A DNA stretch of 64,000 nt from contig OY820579.1 in assembly GCA_963681965.1 (NCBI GenBank), positions 3,904,001-3,968,000 on the forward strand, read 5' to 3'. Below are positions 39,914 to 49,739 of this stretch, piece by piece. The notes below the pieces were generated by a model. The model saw only the letters and a program-made list of their open reading frames with translations, was not told where the DNA came from and searched no databases. The translations under genes were made by a program, and so were the position numbers. How positions within the stretch are numbered: position 1 is the first letter of the stretch; each line of letters opens with the position of its first letter. Origin of the DNA: a bacterium. GTDB lineage: Bacteria; Electryoneota; JAOADG01.

Positions 39914-42328
39914 TTAAGGTTTTTGGAGCAGGATCTTCAATCCGGTGGTTGCCAAATCGTCGTCGGATAACGATTGAAAGAGAGGTAATAGTTTCGATTT
40001 GAGATCTTGCGGAAGGGTACTGTCGGAAATACTCTCTTCCGATAATACGACATAACCGGTCGATTTCGCCAATTCGAGGATTTGCGATTTCCGCAATTTA
40101 TTGCTGACGCTATGTGGGTCATCATCTTCGCACGTTAAGAACGACCAATAGTGATATCGTTCCGGTTCGGAATAGACGCGATGATCGACCAGATCGATTT
40201 CGTGATAGGACAATCCGCCCGACGGCTGCATTTTGAAGAGCGTGGCAAATACCTGCGATAAATCGGTACAGTGTTCGAGCACTGCAGTAGAATTGATTAA
40301 ATCGATACTCTCCGACTGATATCGCCCCGGATAACCAGCATCCCCGACTTGATAATGAATCGGAACCGCGGCAATTCCCTGTTCCGGTTTGCCATCTTTC
40401 AATGCCGCTAAATTGAATTCACGAATCCGGCGTTCGTAATCGACTAAATCGATTTCCTCCTGCCACCACTCCTGCGGATGTGCCAATGCCGCAAGCAACT
40501 CGTCGTAGAGCGCTTCGGCTGCGCGTTGTGGTTCAGCATGATCGTCATCGATCGCGTAACAGGTACCGGCACCATTGATAAAGAAGAAGGCGATTGTGCC
40601 GTACGGATGATAATGACCACATCCGAGATCGAGATATTTTTTTCCGGTTATGGAAGTATGGGCATGAAATTGATCGTAGACTTTTTTCGAAACTTTGAGT
40701 ACCCGATCGGGACCGTGCCGCCAGCGCTCCGACACCGATTGCAGGTAGCGTCGGGAAGTGGTAAAGACGGCATCCATCGCATTCCAAGTGAATGGGTGAT
40801 CGCGTTCGGACAACTGTCCGACATAATCCACGATCTGCACCATATTCTCTTCAGTCATCCGATTAACCGGCTTGGGCGTTTGAGGTGCAAACACAATTTC
40901 CGATTCAATGCGGTCGAACAATCGCTCATATTCCGAGAAGTGGTAAACTCGCTCGGATTCGACGATGGGTTCTGCCGGTTGATTCAGTAACTCCTTGACC
41001 AGCGCCAAAGCATTCGCGTGCTCGCGCAGAGGAATATAGGTCGAGAAGGGATAGCACTCGGCAATGGTCTCCGGCGAATCGGGCAAGAACGGTGAACAGA
41101 ACAAACCGATCTTGCGGGTGAACATAGAAGCTTCCATCACCATCGAACCGGGCGATGCCAATATCACATCGGCAACAGAAAAGAGATCGTATTTCCGGTC
41201 GCTGCTAGCAATGAAAGTACGGATACTATCGGCACGGTGATTGGCAATATCTTCGTAACCGGGGTGAGGTCTGATCAGAATCTGGATATCGTCCGAGGAC
41301 TGAATTAATGCGTCGATCAGCCAGTATAGATTCTGATAATCCTGTTTCCCGCTCGTGACAATCAGGACGACACGTTTTCCCGTCAAACGGTATTTATCAC
41401 GGATTTCGGCAATATTCGTGGGATCGGGACGATACAAGCGGAATTCCGACATTCCATTGTGATAGGAATTTTCGATGCGGCAAAGTGGATCGTTTTTGGG
41501 AATTTGACGGGTCGGCATACAAAACAGCGAGTAAAACCGATCCAACGACAGGTGCTCTTCCTGATATCTTTGAACAGGTGGCAGTGGCGGGAACGGTTCA
41601 CTGTTCCCGTAATCTTTATAGGCGTGCTGCACTTGAATCACGCCAAAGGGATTGCGCAGTCCGGCAGTGAATTCAGAGCCTCGACCACCGATGATGGCGC
41701 GCACCTGAAAATTAACCGCCAGTGCCTGCTTCAAAACGATATGCTGAAGAATTCCTTCGAGCGAGAGATAGATTGCAGCCAGATCGCGGGCTTCTTCGAT
41801 CCATTCCGCTGGAAACGGAGTCGCTTGAAATAGCTGACCAATCGCTTGCCGGAATAATCGGGTTGCGGTATCGATTTCATGTTGGGTCGGTTTAACCGTT
41901 TCGAAGAGACATTCGTAGGGAATAGTATTTTGGGCAAATCGACTCAGCAGATACTTACTGTCAACAGCGCCACCGGAAGGTTCTTCCAGAATCAAGAACG
42001 TAGAACCGCGACGCGACAGATATTCAAACAAGTCGAGATAGTGCACCGGCTCGACGATATCGGGATCGGTAGTTCGCATCGACGATTTGATGAAGAAGAG
42101 ATAGTCGTAGGATCGGTCGAGTAGCGCGGCTTTCTTTAAGAAATCGGCGCGCCGCACAGCATCGAAAATACGCGCTGGTCCGGGAACTTGCGGATTAAGT
42201 CGATTGATAAAAAGTTCTTTGGCAACATGGTACCACGGGTACCCGAAATGATCGATTCGATAGAGGTTCGTGTGCTCTTCGATGAATTGGAAGAAATTAC
42301 GCAACCGCTCATACGAATCGATTGCCAT
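39914..42328 (-). CDS. Putative nonulosonate transferase (GT-B-like) fused to a class I SAM methyltransferase
   Basis: N-terminal QVQH and IRPHP..ADVI..S.VMEA motifs; C-terminal YLDLGCG..AVLEH..HEIDL.DH; start overlaps the pseB stop. Confidence 0.65.
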   Translation of the reverse strand: MAIDSYERLRNFFQFIEEHTNLYRIDHFGYPWYHVAKELFINRLNPQVPGPARIFDAVRRADFLKKAALLDRSYDYLFFIKSSMRTTDPDIVEPVHYLDLFEYLSRRGSTFLILEEPSGGAVDSKYLLSRFAQNTIPYECLFETVKPTQHEIDTATRLFRQAIGQLFQATPFPAEWIEEARDLAAIYLSLEGILQHIVLKQALAVNFQVRAIIGGRGSEFTAGLRNPFGVIQVQHAYKDYGNSEPFPPLPPVQRYQEEHLSLDRFYSLFCMPTRQIPKNDPLCRIENSYHNGMSEFRLYRPDPTNIAEIRDKYRLTGKRVVLIVTSGKQDYQNLYWLIDALIQSSDDIQILIRPHPGYEDIANHRADSIRTFIASSDRKYDLFSVADVILASPGSMVMEASMFTRKIGLFCSPFLPDSPETIAECYPFSTYIPLREHANALALVKELLNQPAEPIVESERVYHFSEYERLFDRIESEIVFAPQTPKPVNRMTEENMVQIVDYVGQLSERDHPFTWNAMDAVFTTSRRYLQSVSERWRHGPDRVLKVSKKVYDQFHAHTSITGKKYLDLGCGHYHPYGTIAFFFINGAGTCYAIDDDHAEPQRAAEALYDELLAALAHPQEWWQEEIDLVDYERRIREFNLAALKDGKPEQGIAAVPIHYQVGDAGYPGRYQSESIDLINSTAVLEHCTDLSQVFATLFKMQPSGGLSYHEIDLVDHRVYSEPERYHYWSFLTCEDDDPHSVSNKLRKSQILELAKSTGYVVLSEESISDSTLPQDLKSKLLPLFQSLSDDDLATTGLKILLQKP

Positions 42329-43371
42329 TATGCCGCACCTCGCGCAACATGATGCACCTGTTCCGAATGATTGTTGCCAGTTTCCGGTTCGCCGTCCGGT
42401 TCGACCAGATTGCGCAATTCCTCATCGGTCAGCCATTGCGAGTTGAAATCGCTGGTGTAATGAAATCCTTCCGGGCACGGTTTTCCGTTCGACCAATTGA
42501 TCGGTTTCCACCACGGGTATGCCGGTCGAATAACGAACATATCGTCCAATTCGACGGTACTTCGCGCTTCATCTTCGCCGATCAATGCCTCGTGCAATTT
42601 CTCGCCTGGTCGGATACCGATATTTTTGACAGCACATTCCGGAGCGACTGCTCGTGCAAGATCGAGAATCTTCATACTGGGAATTTTCGGAATAAATACT
42701 TCACCGCCGTGCATCTGTTCGACGCAGCGAATGACGAACCGGGCAGCTTGATCCAGTGTCAGCCAGAATCGGGTCATCCGATCGTCCGTCACGGTCACTT
42801 CTCCAGTCAATCGTTGCTGTTTGAAGACCGGAATGACACTTCCGCGACTGCCTACAACGTTGCCGTAGCGAACGCAACTGAGCATCGTTTGACCACCACG
42901 GGCATACGAATTACTCTGGATAAACAGCTTTTCGGCACATAGTTTGGTCGCACCGTAAAGGTTGACCGGGTTGACCGCTTTATCGGTACTCAATGCAATC
43001 ACGCGCTCGACTTGACTGTCAATTGCCGCCTCGATCACATTCTTGCCGCCGATAATATTGGTCAGGATTGCTTCCATCGGATTGTATTCGCATGCCGGAA
43101 CCTGTTTTAACGCAGCCGCGTGGATTACCACCGTGACCCCGTTCATGGCGCGCATCAGACGGTCGCGATCACGGACATCGCCGATAAAATAGCGGATGCG
43201 CGAACCGGTTTCGTCGGAATATAGTTGCCGCATTTCATGTTGTTTTAGTTCGTCACGGCTGAATACGATCAATCGTGCCGGACGATACTCTTCCATCATG
43301 ATTTTCGTCAATTTCTTTCCGAGCGATCCGGTACCACCGGTAATCAACACTTGCGCGGACGACCAATCCAT
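42328..43371 (-). CDS. pseB: UDP-GlcNAc 4,6-dehydratase (inverting)
   Basis: ITGGTGSLG, SRDELKQ, HAAALKQVP.CEYNP, LSTDKA..P.NLYGATK, RYGNV.GSRGSV, GIRPGEKLHE. Confidence 0.93.
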   Translation of the reverse strand: MDWSSAQVLITGGTGSLGKKLTKIMMEEYRPARLIVFSRDELKQHEMRQLYSDETGSRIRYFIGDVRDRDRLMRAMNGVTVVIHAAALKQVPACEYNPMEAILTNIIGGKNVIEAAIDSQVERVIALSTDKAVNPVNLYGATKLCAEKLFIQSNSYARGGQTMLSCVRYGNVVGSRGSVIPVFKQQRLTGEVTVTDDRMTRFWLTLDQAARFVIRCVEQMHGGEVFIPKIPSMKILDLARAVAPECAVKNIGIRPGEKLHEALIGEDEARSTVELDDMFVIRPAYPWWKPINWSNGKPCPEGFHYTSDFNSQWLTDEELRNLVEPDGEPETGNNHSEQVHHVARGAA

Positions 43372-43429
43372 TGTGAACTCCTACTACATTGCTTTACTAC
43401 ATAACACTCAATCAGACACTGGTCTATTG

Positions 43430-43446
43430 AGCAAATCTCACGCCAT
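43430..43446 (-). promoter_or_regulatory. Putative sigma54 (-24/-12) promoter of pseB
   Basis: Minus strand ATGGCGTGAGATTTGCT, GG-N10-GC spacing, 59 bp upstream of pseB. Confidence 0.65.
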
Positions 43447-43461
43447 TCAACAGCTCAAATA

Positions 43462-43575
43462 TTATGGATCTTGAAAACAAGTTGTCATGATTCGGTGTCA
43501 GGCTTCGCCTGACCTGCGGGCGGACGCGGGGGTTCGCCCCTACTATCGATATCAACTTATTAGCAATAGATTCTA
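43462..43575 (+). mobile_element. 114-bp MITE-like element, copy 5
   Basis: TCTTGAAAACAAGTTGTCATGATTCGGTGTCAGGCTTCGCCTGACCTGCGGGCGGACGCGGGGGTTCGCCCCTAC..CAACTTATT..CTA. Confidence 0.82.
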
Positions 43576-43585
43576 TACCAACGAT

Positions 43586-44644
43586 TCACGCTGATTCGAT
43601 CAAGCTCCAATCCAGCGGTGTACCGCGAGAAATATCACATTTCGCCCGCTTTCCGACGATTTCCGGTAAATTCTTTGGTGGCAGTCCATTACTCGGTCGA
43701 ATTGACCGAATATTTTGGGTGGTAAATTCCGCTCCGGCAGCAATATTTTCCACTACGAACAGTGACCGACGGAACGCGAGACTTGCCCGCTCATCCTCGG
43801 TCGGACCGAAACTTGGTGTTCCGAGCGCTTGCTCCAGATTGCGTATGGTGGAAACCATCTGCTTGAATTCGTGCGGTTCGAGTGAAAAAGCACTGTCGGG
43901 ACCACCATCCGCGCGGGAGAGTGTAAAGTGCTTTTCCAGTACCCGTGCGCCCAGCGTAACGGCAGCTAACGGTACTTCCAGCTCGAGTGAGTGATCGGAC
44001 AATCCGACCAAACAACCGAAACGCTGGTGCAATACCGGTATCGAGCGCAGATTCATCGTTGACGCTCGTGCGGGATAGGCGCTGGTACAGCGCAAAAGCA
44101 CGATATTATCGTTACCAACTGCGAGACACGTGTCGACGGCATCGGCAATCTCTTCGAGGCTCGCCATACCGGTTGATATGATCAAAGGTTTGCCTGTTAG
44201 AGCAGCATGCCGGATCAGCGGGAGATCGACGATTTCGAATGAAGCGATTTTGTGACAGGGTACGTTGAATGATTCGAGGAAATCGACGGCAGTGTGATCG
44301 AATGGCGTTGAGAAAACCGGAATATTGTGCGACTTCCCGATTTGAAAAATATCCCTGTGCCATTCCCACGGGGTATAGGCTTCCCGATACAATTGATAGA
44401 GTGTCTTGCCAGCCCAGATTGTACCGACACCGATCCGGAAACAGTCGTTGTCGCAATCGATCGTTAGTGTGTCGGCGGTATAGGTTTGGATCTTGATCGC
44501 ATCGGCACCAGCTTCCTTTGCCGCGACGATGAGTTTTTCAATCTGATTGAATTCCTGTCGATGATTCGCCGACAATTCGGCGACGATCCAGACGGGATGC
44601 GCTTCACCGATCCAACGGTCAGCGATGGATAATTCGGATTTCAC
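43586..44644 (-). CDS. pseI: Pseudaminic acid synthase
   Basis: IVAELSANH, K.QTYTADT.TID, KIASFE..D, IISTGMA, GLSDH, EKHFT..DGGPDSAFS, C-terminal SAF domain. Confidence 0.93.
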   Translation of the reverse strand: MKSELSIADRWIGEAHPVWIVAELSANHRQEFNQIEKLIVAAKEAGADAIKIQTYTADTLTIDCDNDCFRIGVGTIWAGKTLYQLYREAYTPWEWHRDIFQIGKSHNIPVFSTPFDHTAVDFLESFNVPCHKIASFEIVDLPLIRHAALTGKPLIISTGMASLEEIADAVDTCLAVGNDNIVLLRCTSAYPARASTMNLRSIPVLHQRFGCLVGLSDHSLELEVPLAAVTLGARVLEKHFTLSRADGGPDSAFSLEPHEFKQMVSTIRNLEQALGTPSFGPTEDERASLAFRRSLFVVENIAAGAEFTTQNIRSIRPSNGLPPKNLPEIVGKRAKCDISRGTPLDWSLIESA

Positions 44645-45873
44645 TTCGCTCCCTCGCGGGTGTAGATCATCCGGAGTGCTTCCGTACCGCTCAGTTGCTC
44701 GGTGCCATCGGGTACATATCCCGCTTTGGCAAATGCTTTGACAGAAGCGTCATTGTCAGGTTTGATATAGGCGAAAACCGCCTCGATTTCGGGATTATCG
44801 GCAAGGATTCGATCGGAACCGATGCGAATCAACCGTGCACCGACTCCCTTCCCGCGCGCTTCCGGTGCAACGTTCACTGAGATCACGGCTCGTTCGTTTT
44901 CACAATCGAAGCGAACCAATCCGACTTTCTCACCAGTCTCGCGCTCGCCAATAAACATGTGGCTTCCAGAGCAGATTAGTTTGCGTCGAAACCAGGCAAA
45001 ATGAACTTCCCACGGAATGGGATCGGGTGAAAACGAAACACTGCGCGAAACCGGATCATTAGCCCAATTCCAGAGAATCCAAGCATCGTCTTCGATTACA
45101 TCGCGGAGTGAAATCGCTTGACTAGCACTTTTTCCGGTTAGTTCATCAATCGGTTTTTGAGAGATACCACTGTTGATCAACTCCCATTCGGGATGGATCT
45201 GAGTACCCGCCAATACTTCGGTCCAAGTGAATTGGTTCGATCCGAAATAGCGGTAGACTTCCCGCACAAATGCGAAATCTTCGGGGGTATCGACCGTCCA
45301 GCGGTGGTTGGAACAATCGGAATTATGACAGAAATTCCGTTGTGGAAAGCGATCGGGTTGCGACCAGATAAAGGGGGTGACGTGCTCGCGTTGAGCGGTC
45401 TGCGATGCCTGTTCCCATGCGCTCTGCAGCGACTGAAAAGTGAATACTTCGGTATCCAAACCACGCGGGAATGTTCGAATTGGGATCACATTGCTGGCAT
45501 AGACGCAGGTTTCGCGATGATCGATTAGTTGCTCGATGACTTGATCGATCACGACAGGATCAATCAACGGGCAATCGGCGGTGATGCGGACTACGATCGT
45601 TGCTTTGTGTTGAATTGCTGCTTGGTAATAGCGATCCAAAACATCATATTCCGAACCGCGATAACAGGCAATATCTCGCTGCCGGCAAAGCGATTCGACG
45701 GGATCGTCTTTCGGATCGGTGGTGGTGGCAAGTACGATTTCATTCAGCAATTTCGAGCGTCGTACACGCTCTACGACCTGCACCAGCATGGGAATATCGA
45801 GCAACGGCATCAGGATCTTGCCGGGCAACCTCGTACTCCCCATCCGCGCCTGTATGATTGCGACGATCTTCAT
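44641..45873 (-). CDS. SpsF-type cytidylyltransferase (PseF role) fused to a GNAT N-acetyltransferase (PseH role)
   Basis: IIQARMGSTRLPGK, RGSE.DVL.RY, RITADCP, REHVTP, WTVDT.ED; then WANDP..R..SF, ARGKGVG, N.AS.KAF.KAGY; start 45873. Confidence 0.85.
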   Translation of the reverse strand: MKIVAIIQARMGSTRLPGKILMPLLDIPMLVQVVERVRRSKLLNEIVLATTTDPKDDPVESLCRQRDIACYRGSEYDVLDRYYQAAIQHKATIVVRITADCPLIDPVVIDQVIEQLIDHRETCVYASNVIPIRTFPRGLDTEVFTFQSLQSAWEQASQTAQREHVTPFIWSQPDRFPQRNFCHNSDCSNHRWTVDTPEDFAFVREVYRYFGSNQFTWTEVLAGTQIHPEWELINSGISQKPIDELTGKSASQAISLRDVIEDDAWILWNWANDPVSRSVSFSPDPIPWEVHFAWFRRKLICSGSHMFIGERETGEKVGLVRFDCENERAVISVNVAPEARGKGVGARLIRIGSDRILADNPEIEAVFAYIKPDNDASVKAFAKAGYVPDGTEQLSGTEALRMIYTREGAK

Positions 45874-47123
45874 TTGGCGTAGGCTCCACATACTTTGGCG
45901 ATTGCCGCAATGACATCTTCGCAATCGGCATCGGTCATTTTCGGAAAGAGCGGTAACGTCAAAATCTGTTCGTAGGCAGCTTCCGCTACCGGGCAGAGTC
46001 CGGGGTGTGTTCCATAGGTTTCGCGATAGTATGGGTGCAAATGAACGGGGATATAGTGGACATTTACACCGATGCCTTCGCTGCGCAACGCGCGGAAAAT
46101 TTGTCCACGATCGACGGAAAGTTGCTCAAGCGCTAACTTCACGACATAAAGATGATAAGCGTGGATGCCGTTACTGGTCGTCGATAAGGGCTTTACGAAT
46201 GACGATTTACCGAAAACTTCATTGTACTTTCGCGCCATCAGTCGTCTACGCCAGATCCACATCGGCAGCTTACGCATCTGCTGCACACCAAGCGCTGCCT
46301 GCAAGTCTGACATCCGATAATTAAATCCGAGATCGACAACTTCATAGAACCAATTTCCCGCGGTTTCACGCTGCCGGAAATCGGTGGCGATATTGTGATT
46401 GCGGAATCGTTTCATGCGCGAAGCATATTCGGGGGAATCGGTAACGATCGCACCCCCCTCGCCACTGGTTACAGCTTTCACTGGATGGAAACTGAAGCAG
46501 GTAACATCGGCTAATGTGCCAACCGGATGATGTTGATAAGTGCCACCGATCGAATGACAGGCGTCGGCAATGAGTTTCAATCCGAAGCGGTCGCAGAGAT
46601 CGCGTAAGGCAACGTAATCACATGGTTGCCCGGCATAATCGACAGCGACGATTGCCTTGGTGCGTTTGGTGATGAGCGCCGGAATTTTCGCAGGATCGAT
46701 CAGCAACGTTTCGGGATCGACATCGCAGAAAACCGGTACACCGCCGAGGTAAATCGCCGCATTCGCGGACGCGGCAAAGGTCATCGGGGGTACAATTACT
46801 TCATCGCCGGGTTGGAGATCGATGGCATACATGGCAGCATGGAGCGCTGCAGTACCGCTATTGACGGCGATGGCGTGGCGCGCTTTGGTCGCATTTGTCA
46901 ACTCTTCTTCGAAGGCGCCGATTTGCGGACCGGTAGTCAACCAGTCGGAACGCAAGACATCGACAACGGCTTGGATATCCGCTTCGTCGATCCACTGTTT
47001 GCCGTACGGGAGCAATTCCGTGCGCACGGGATTGCCACCATCGATTGCCAACTGACCCATTGCACCGATTCGATAATTGGATTGTCGATGACGACCGTCA
47101 TCGTACTCTTTTACGGCAAACAT
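45870..47123 (-). CDS. pseC: UDP-4-amino-4,6-dideoxy-N-acetyl-altrosamine transaminase
   Basis: LPYGKQWIDE.DI..V..VL.SDWLT.GP, NSGTAALH, DACH, FSFHPVK..T.GEGG, LGFNYR; start 47123 or 47060. Confidence 0.9.
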   Translation of the reverse strand: MFAVKEYDDGRHRQSNYRIGAMGQLAIDGGNPVRTELLPYGKQWIDEADIQAVVDVLRSDWLTTGPQIGAFEEELTNATKARHAIAVNSGTAALHAAMYAIDLQPGDEVIVPPMTFAASANAAIYLGGVPVFCDVDPETLLIDPAKIPALITKRTKAIVAVDYAGQPCDYVALRDLCDRFGLKLIADACHSIGGTYQHHPVGTLADVTCFSFHPVKAVTSGEGGAIVTDSPEYASRMKRFRNHNIATDFRQRETAGNWFYEVVDLGFNYRMSDLQAALGVQQMRKLPMWIWRRRLMARKYNEVFGKSSFVKPLSTTSNGIHAYHLYVVKLALEQLSVDRGQIFRALRSEGIGVNVHYIPVHLHPYYRETYGTHPGLCPVAEAAYEQILTLPLFPKMTDADCEDVIAAIAKVCGAYAK

Positions 47124-47130
47124 ATTCGCC

Positions 47131-48309
47131 TCACTCGGTTGAATGAACTGTTCCATACGCAGTCGGTTCGCCCCAGATCGTATCCTTCACCCATTGACCG
47201 TTCTCGATTCGCCAGACCCGTCGATCGCGAAACGTATCGCAGATCCGGTCGAATTCGGCTTCGGTCATATCGACATATTTTAGCCAGCGGTCGAGGTCGC
47301 GTCGCGATTTTACATGGTCGTATTTGCGCACCATTTCGATCCCCTGCTCGCGGGTCATGATCCCGGCGCGAATATCCTTGCAGGCGTGATCGGTTCCTCG
47401 TCCATAGCCGACTTTGATAAATTTGAGATAGTCGTGAATCCCGTTTTCATGCATATCGTCGAGATTCGACATCCGGCGATAGGTGCGCTCGAACGGCTCT
47501 TGCGCTTCCAACCAGTCGTAATGCTCTTTCACCAATTTCACATGGTCGTTCGCTTCCCACTTCGCGAAATTGCTGAGATAAATTCCGCGGACACCGACAT
47601 CGTCGATTTCATCGTCGGATGGATACTGTGCCCAGAGGAGATCGTGATCGGTCAAGCCTTCGCATAATTCGGGACGACCGAGTTTCTTCAAGCCTTCATC
47701 GGTAAAATCGTACCAGTCGTACCCGCGCAGCGCATGTTCCTTGCGGAATTTGGCGGTGAATTCGACCAGATCCTTATAGGAATACATGCCGCCGAGATCC
47801 ATAAAGCCATGTTCGCCCCACAACATGAGCGGCACTTTGTAGCGCACGGCTACTTGAATCGGAACTGTGAAAATTCCGCAGTGACCGTGCCAATTCATAT
47901 CGCCCTGCAACTTGAAGCAAAGGCGATTCATCTTGATCAGCGTTTTGACGCTCGGACGAACGATGATGTGATCGCAATCGAAAACATCGCGCATCCGGAA
48001 GAGATTGTATTCCCCTTCGGGGGTATAGTTGTTGCCGTGATAGGTTACCAGCAGTGGTTTCAAACCGAGTGAAATCGCGACATGCGTTTGATAATAGGAA
48101 TCCTTGCCACCACTGACTGGAATCAGAATGTCGTATTGGCTCTGCGACCGGTACTCGTTCACAATTTTCCGGAACCATTCCCAGCGCTCGTCCCAATTAA
48201 TTTTGTCCCGCTGATCGGCAGTGCGGCAACCGCTACAAACGCCGAGCTCGTCAAAGAACAGCGGAGTGGCGGATATTGCCGGATAGACACAACGCGAGCA
48301 GTATTGCAT
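47131..48309 (-). CDS. N-acetyl sugar amidotransferase (PseA/WbuX family)
   Basis: YC..C..GVCSGC, PVSGGKDS PP-loop, WGE, LKFIK.GYGR.TD.AC.DIR.G..TRE. Confidence 0.88.
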   Translation of the reverse strand: MQYCSRCVYPAISATPLFFDELGVCSGCRTADQRDKINWDERWEWFRKIVNEYRSQSQYDILIPVSGGKDSYYQTHVAISLGLKPLLVTYHGNNYTPEGEYNLFRMRDVFDCDHIIVRPSVKTLIKMNRLCFKLQGDMNWHGHCGIFTVPIQVAVRYKVPLMLWGEHGFMDLGGMYSYKDLVEFTAKFRKEHALRGYDWYDFTDEGLKKLGRPELCEGLTDHDLLWAQYPSDDEIDDVGVRGIYLSNFAKWEANDHVKLVKEHYDWLEAQEPFERTYRRMSNLDDMHENGIHDYLKFIKVGYGRGTDHACKDIRAGIMTREQGIEMVRKYDHVKSRRDLDRWLKYVDMTEAEFDRICDTFRDRRVWRIENGQWVKDTIWGEPTAYGTVHSTE

Positions 48310-48312
48310 GGA

Positions 48313-49113
48313 TTATCCTTTCACAATCGGGCGAACATCGATCCCGGCTTTCGCCATGGCGCGTTTGCCACTGCGATCGGTGAGTTCCTTGAAATGCCAG
48401 ATATTGGCAGCCGCAACGGCAGAAGCACCGGCTTTGATACCCTCGACATAGTGTTCGAACTGACCGACACCACCGAGCGCAATCACAGGAATTTTCGTCA
48501 CCGCAGTTACTTCGGCGATCAAATCACAATCGTAACCATTCCCTTCGCCATCGCGATCGATACTTTGCAGTAAGATTTCTCCAGCACCGAGATCTTCGAC
48601 CCGTTTTGCCAATTCCATGGGAGAGCATCCGACTGGTGTCTTGCCCCATTCGATAAACGCATCCCAACTATGAATCGCATTTCTACGTGCATCGATACAG
48701 ACGACGACTGCCTGATTGCCGAAGGTTTTCGCACATTCAGTGATTAACTCGGGCTGAGTAACAGCGGCAGTATTTAAAGTGATTTTATCAGCTCCGGAAT
48801 TGATGCGCACGCGAGCATCATCGAGTGATCGAATCCGCCCACCCCACGTCAGCGGCATGAAACAGCTCTTGCTCACTTGCTCGAGAATCGCCAGTGAATT
48901 GTCGAGGTTTTTGATTTTCGCATCGTCGCGACGAAGATCGTATGTATCGTCGGTGGAAATATCGATGTAAATCAGCTCGTCGACATTCCACTCGTTAAAT
49001 CGCTCGACTTCGTGAATGGGATTGCCGAGACCCTGATGGATCGAGAATGCTTCACTCCGCACCAGCAGACCATTCTTCAATAACAGAACCGGAATCAGGC
49101 GTTTCTTCAGCAT
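48313..49113 (-). CDS. HisF-like cyclase subunit (WbuZ/AglZ-like) of the amidotransferase
   Basis: MLKKRLIP.LL, VDEL..IDI, FMPLT.GGRI, GAGEILLQSIDRDG..GYD; inside the Pse operon. Confidence 0.85.
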   Translation of the reverse strand: MLKKRLIPVLLLKNGLLVRSEAFSIHQGLGNPIHEVERFNEWNVDELIYIDISTDDTYDLRRDDAKIKNLDNSLAILEQVSKSCFMPLTWGGRIRSLDDARVRINSGADKITLNTAAVTQPELITECAKTFGNQAVVVCIDARRNAIHSWDAFIEWGKTPVGCSPMELAKRVEDLGAGEILLQSIDRDGEGNGYDCDLIAEVTAVTKIPVIALGGVGQFEHYVEGIKAGASAVAAANIWHFKELTDRSGKRAMAKAGIDVRPIVKG

Positions 49114-49739
49114 CGGAGATCTCCTTTAGTGAGGAAATTCTTCAGCACGCGCAATCCGGCATGTTGACTTTTTTCGGGATGAAATTGAACTGCGGCGATA
49201 TTGTCCTGTTGTAGCGCGGAGGCAAACACGATGCCGTATTCAGTGGTACCGACAATAACTTCGGGATCTTCCGGTATAACGATGTAGCTATGAACAAAAT
49301 AAAACGAGGATCGATCGGGAATTCCGGTGAATAACCAATTGTTGTTCCGGATCTCGACATCGTTCCAGCCGATATGCGGTATGCGGAGGGATTGATCGGC
49401 ACATTCAATTCGTACCACTGATCCGGGGATCCAGCCGAGTCCTTGATGAGTGCCGTATTCGGTACCGGTGGTGGCGAGCAGTTGCATCCCGAGACAAATT
49501 CCGATGAATGGTTTGCGATCGACGATGACATTGCGCTCGAGCGCTTCGAGATATCCACGCTCCCGTAAGTTGTGCATGGCATCGCCAAATGCACCAACGC
49601 CCGGCAGAATAATTTTATCCGCTTGATCCAACTCATTCGGATCATGGACAATCATTGCTTCGAAACCGAGTCGCTCGACTGCATTTGCGACCGAGCGTAA
49701 ATTCCCCATTCCGTATTCAATGATTGCTACCGGTTTCAT
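49107..49739 (-). CDS. HisH-like glutaminase subunit (WbuY-like)
   Basis: YGMGNL.SV, LPGVGAF, GICLGMQ, PHIGWN, YFVHSY, QFHPEKS. Confidence 0.88.
   Translation of the reverse strand: MKPVAIIEYGMGNLRSVANAVERLGFEAMIVHDPNELDQADKIILPGVGAFGDAMHNLRERGYLEALERNVIVDRKPFIGICLGMQLLATTGTEYGTHQGLGWIPGSVVRIECADQSLRIPHIGWNDVEIRNNNWLFTGIPDRSSFYFVHSYIVIPEDPEVIVGTTEYGIVFASALQQDNIAAVQFHPEKSQHAGLRVLKNFLTKGDLRC

Noticed and set aside
48313-49739. hisF and hisH as histidine biosynthesis genes
   Set aside because: They are embedded in the Pse operon next to an N-acetyl sugar amidotransferase, so they are ammonia-supplying paralogues
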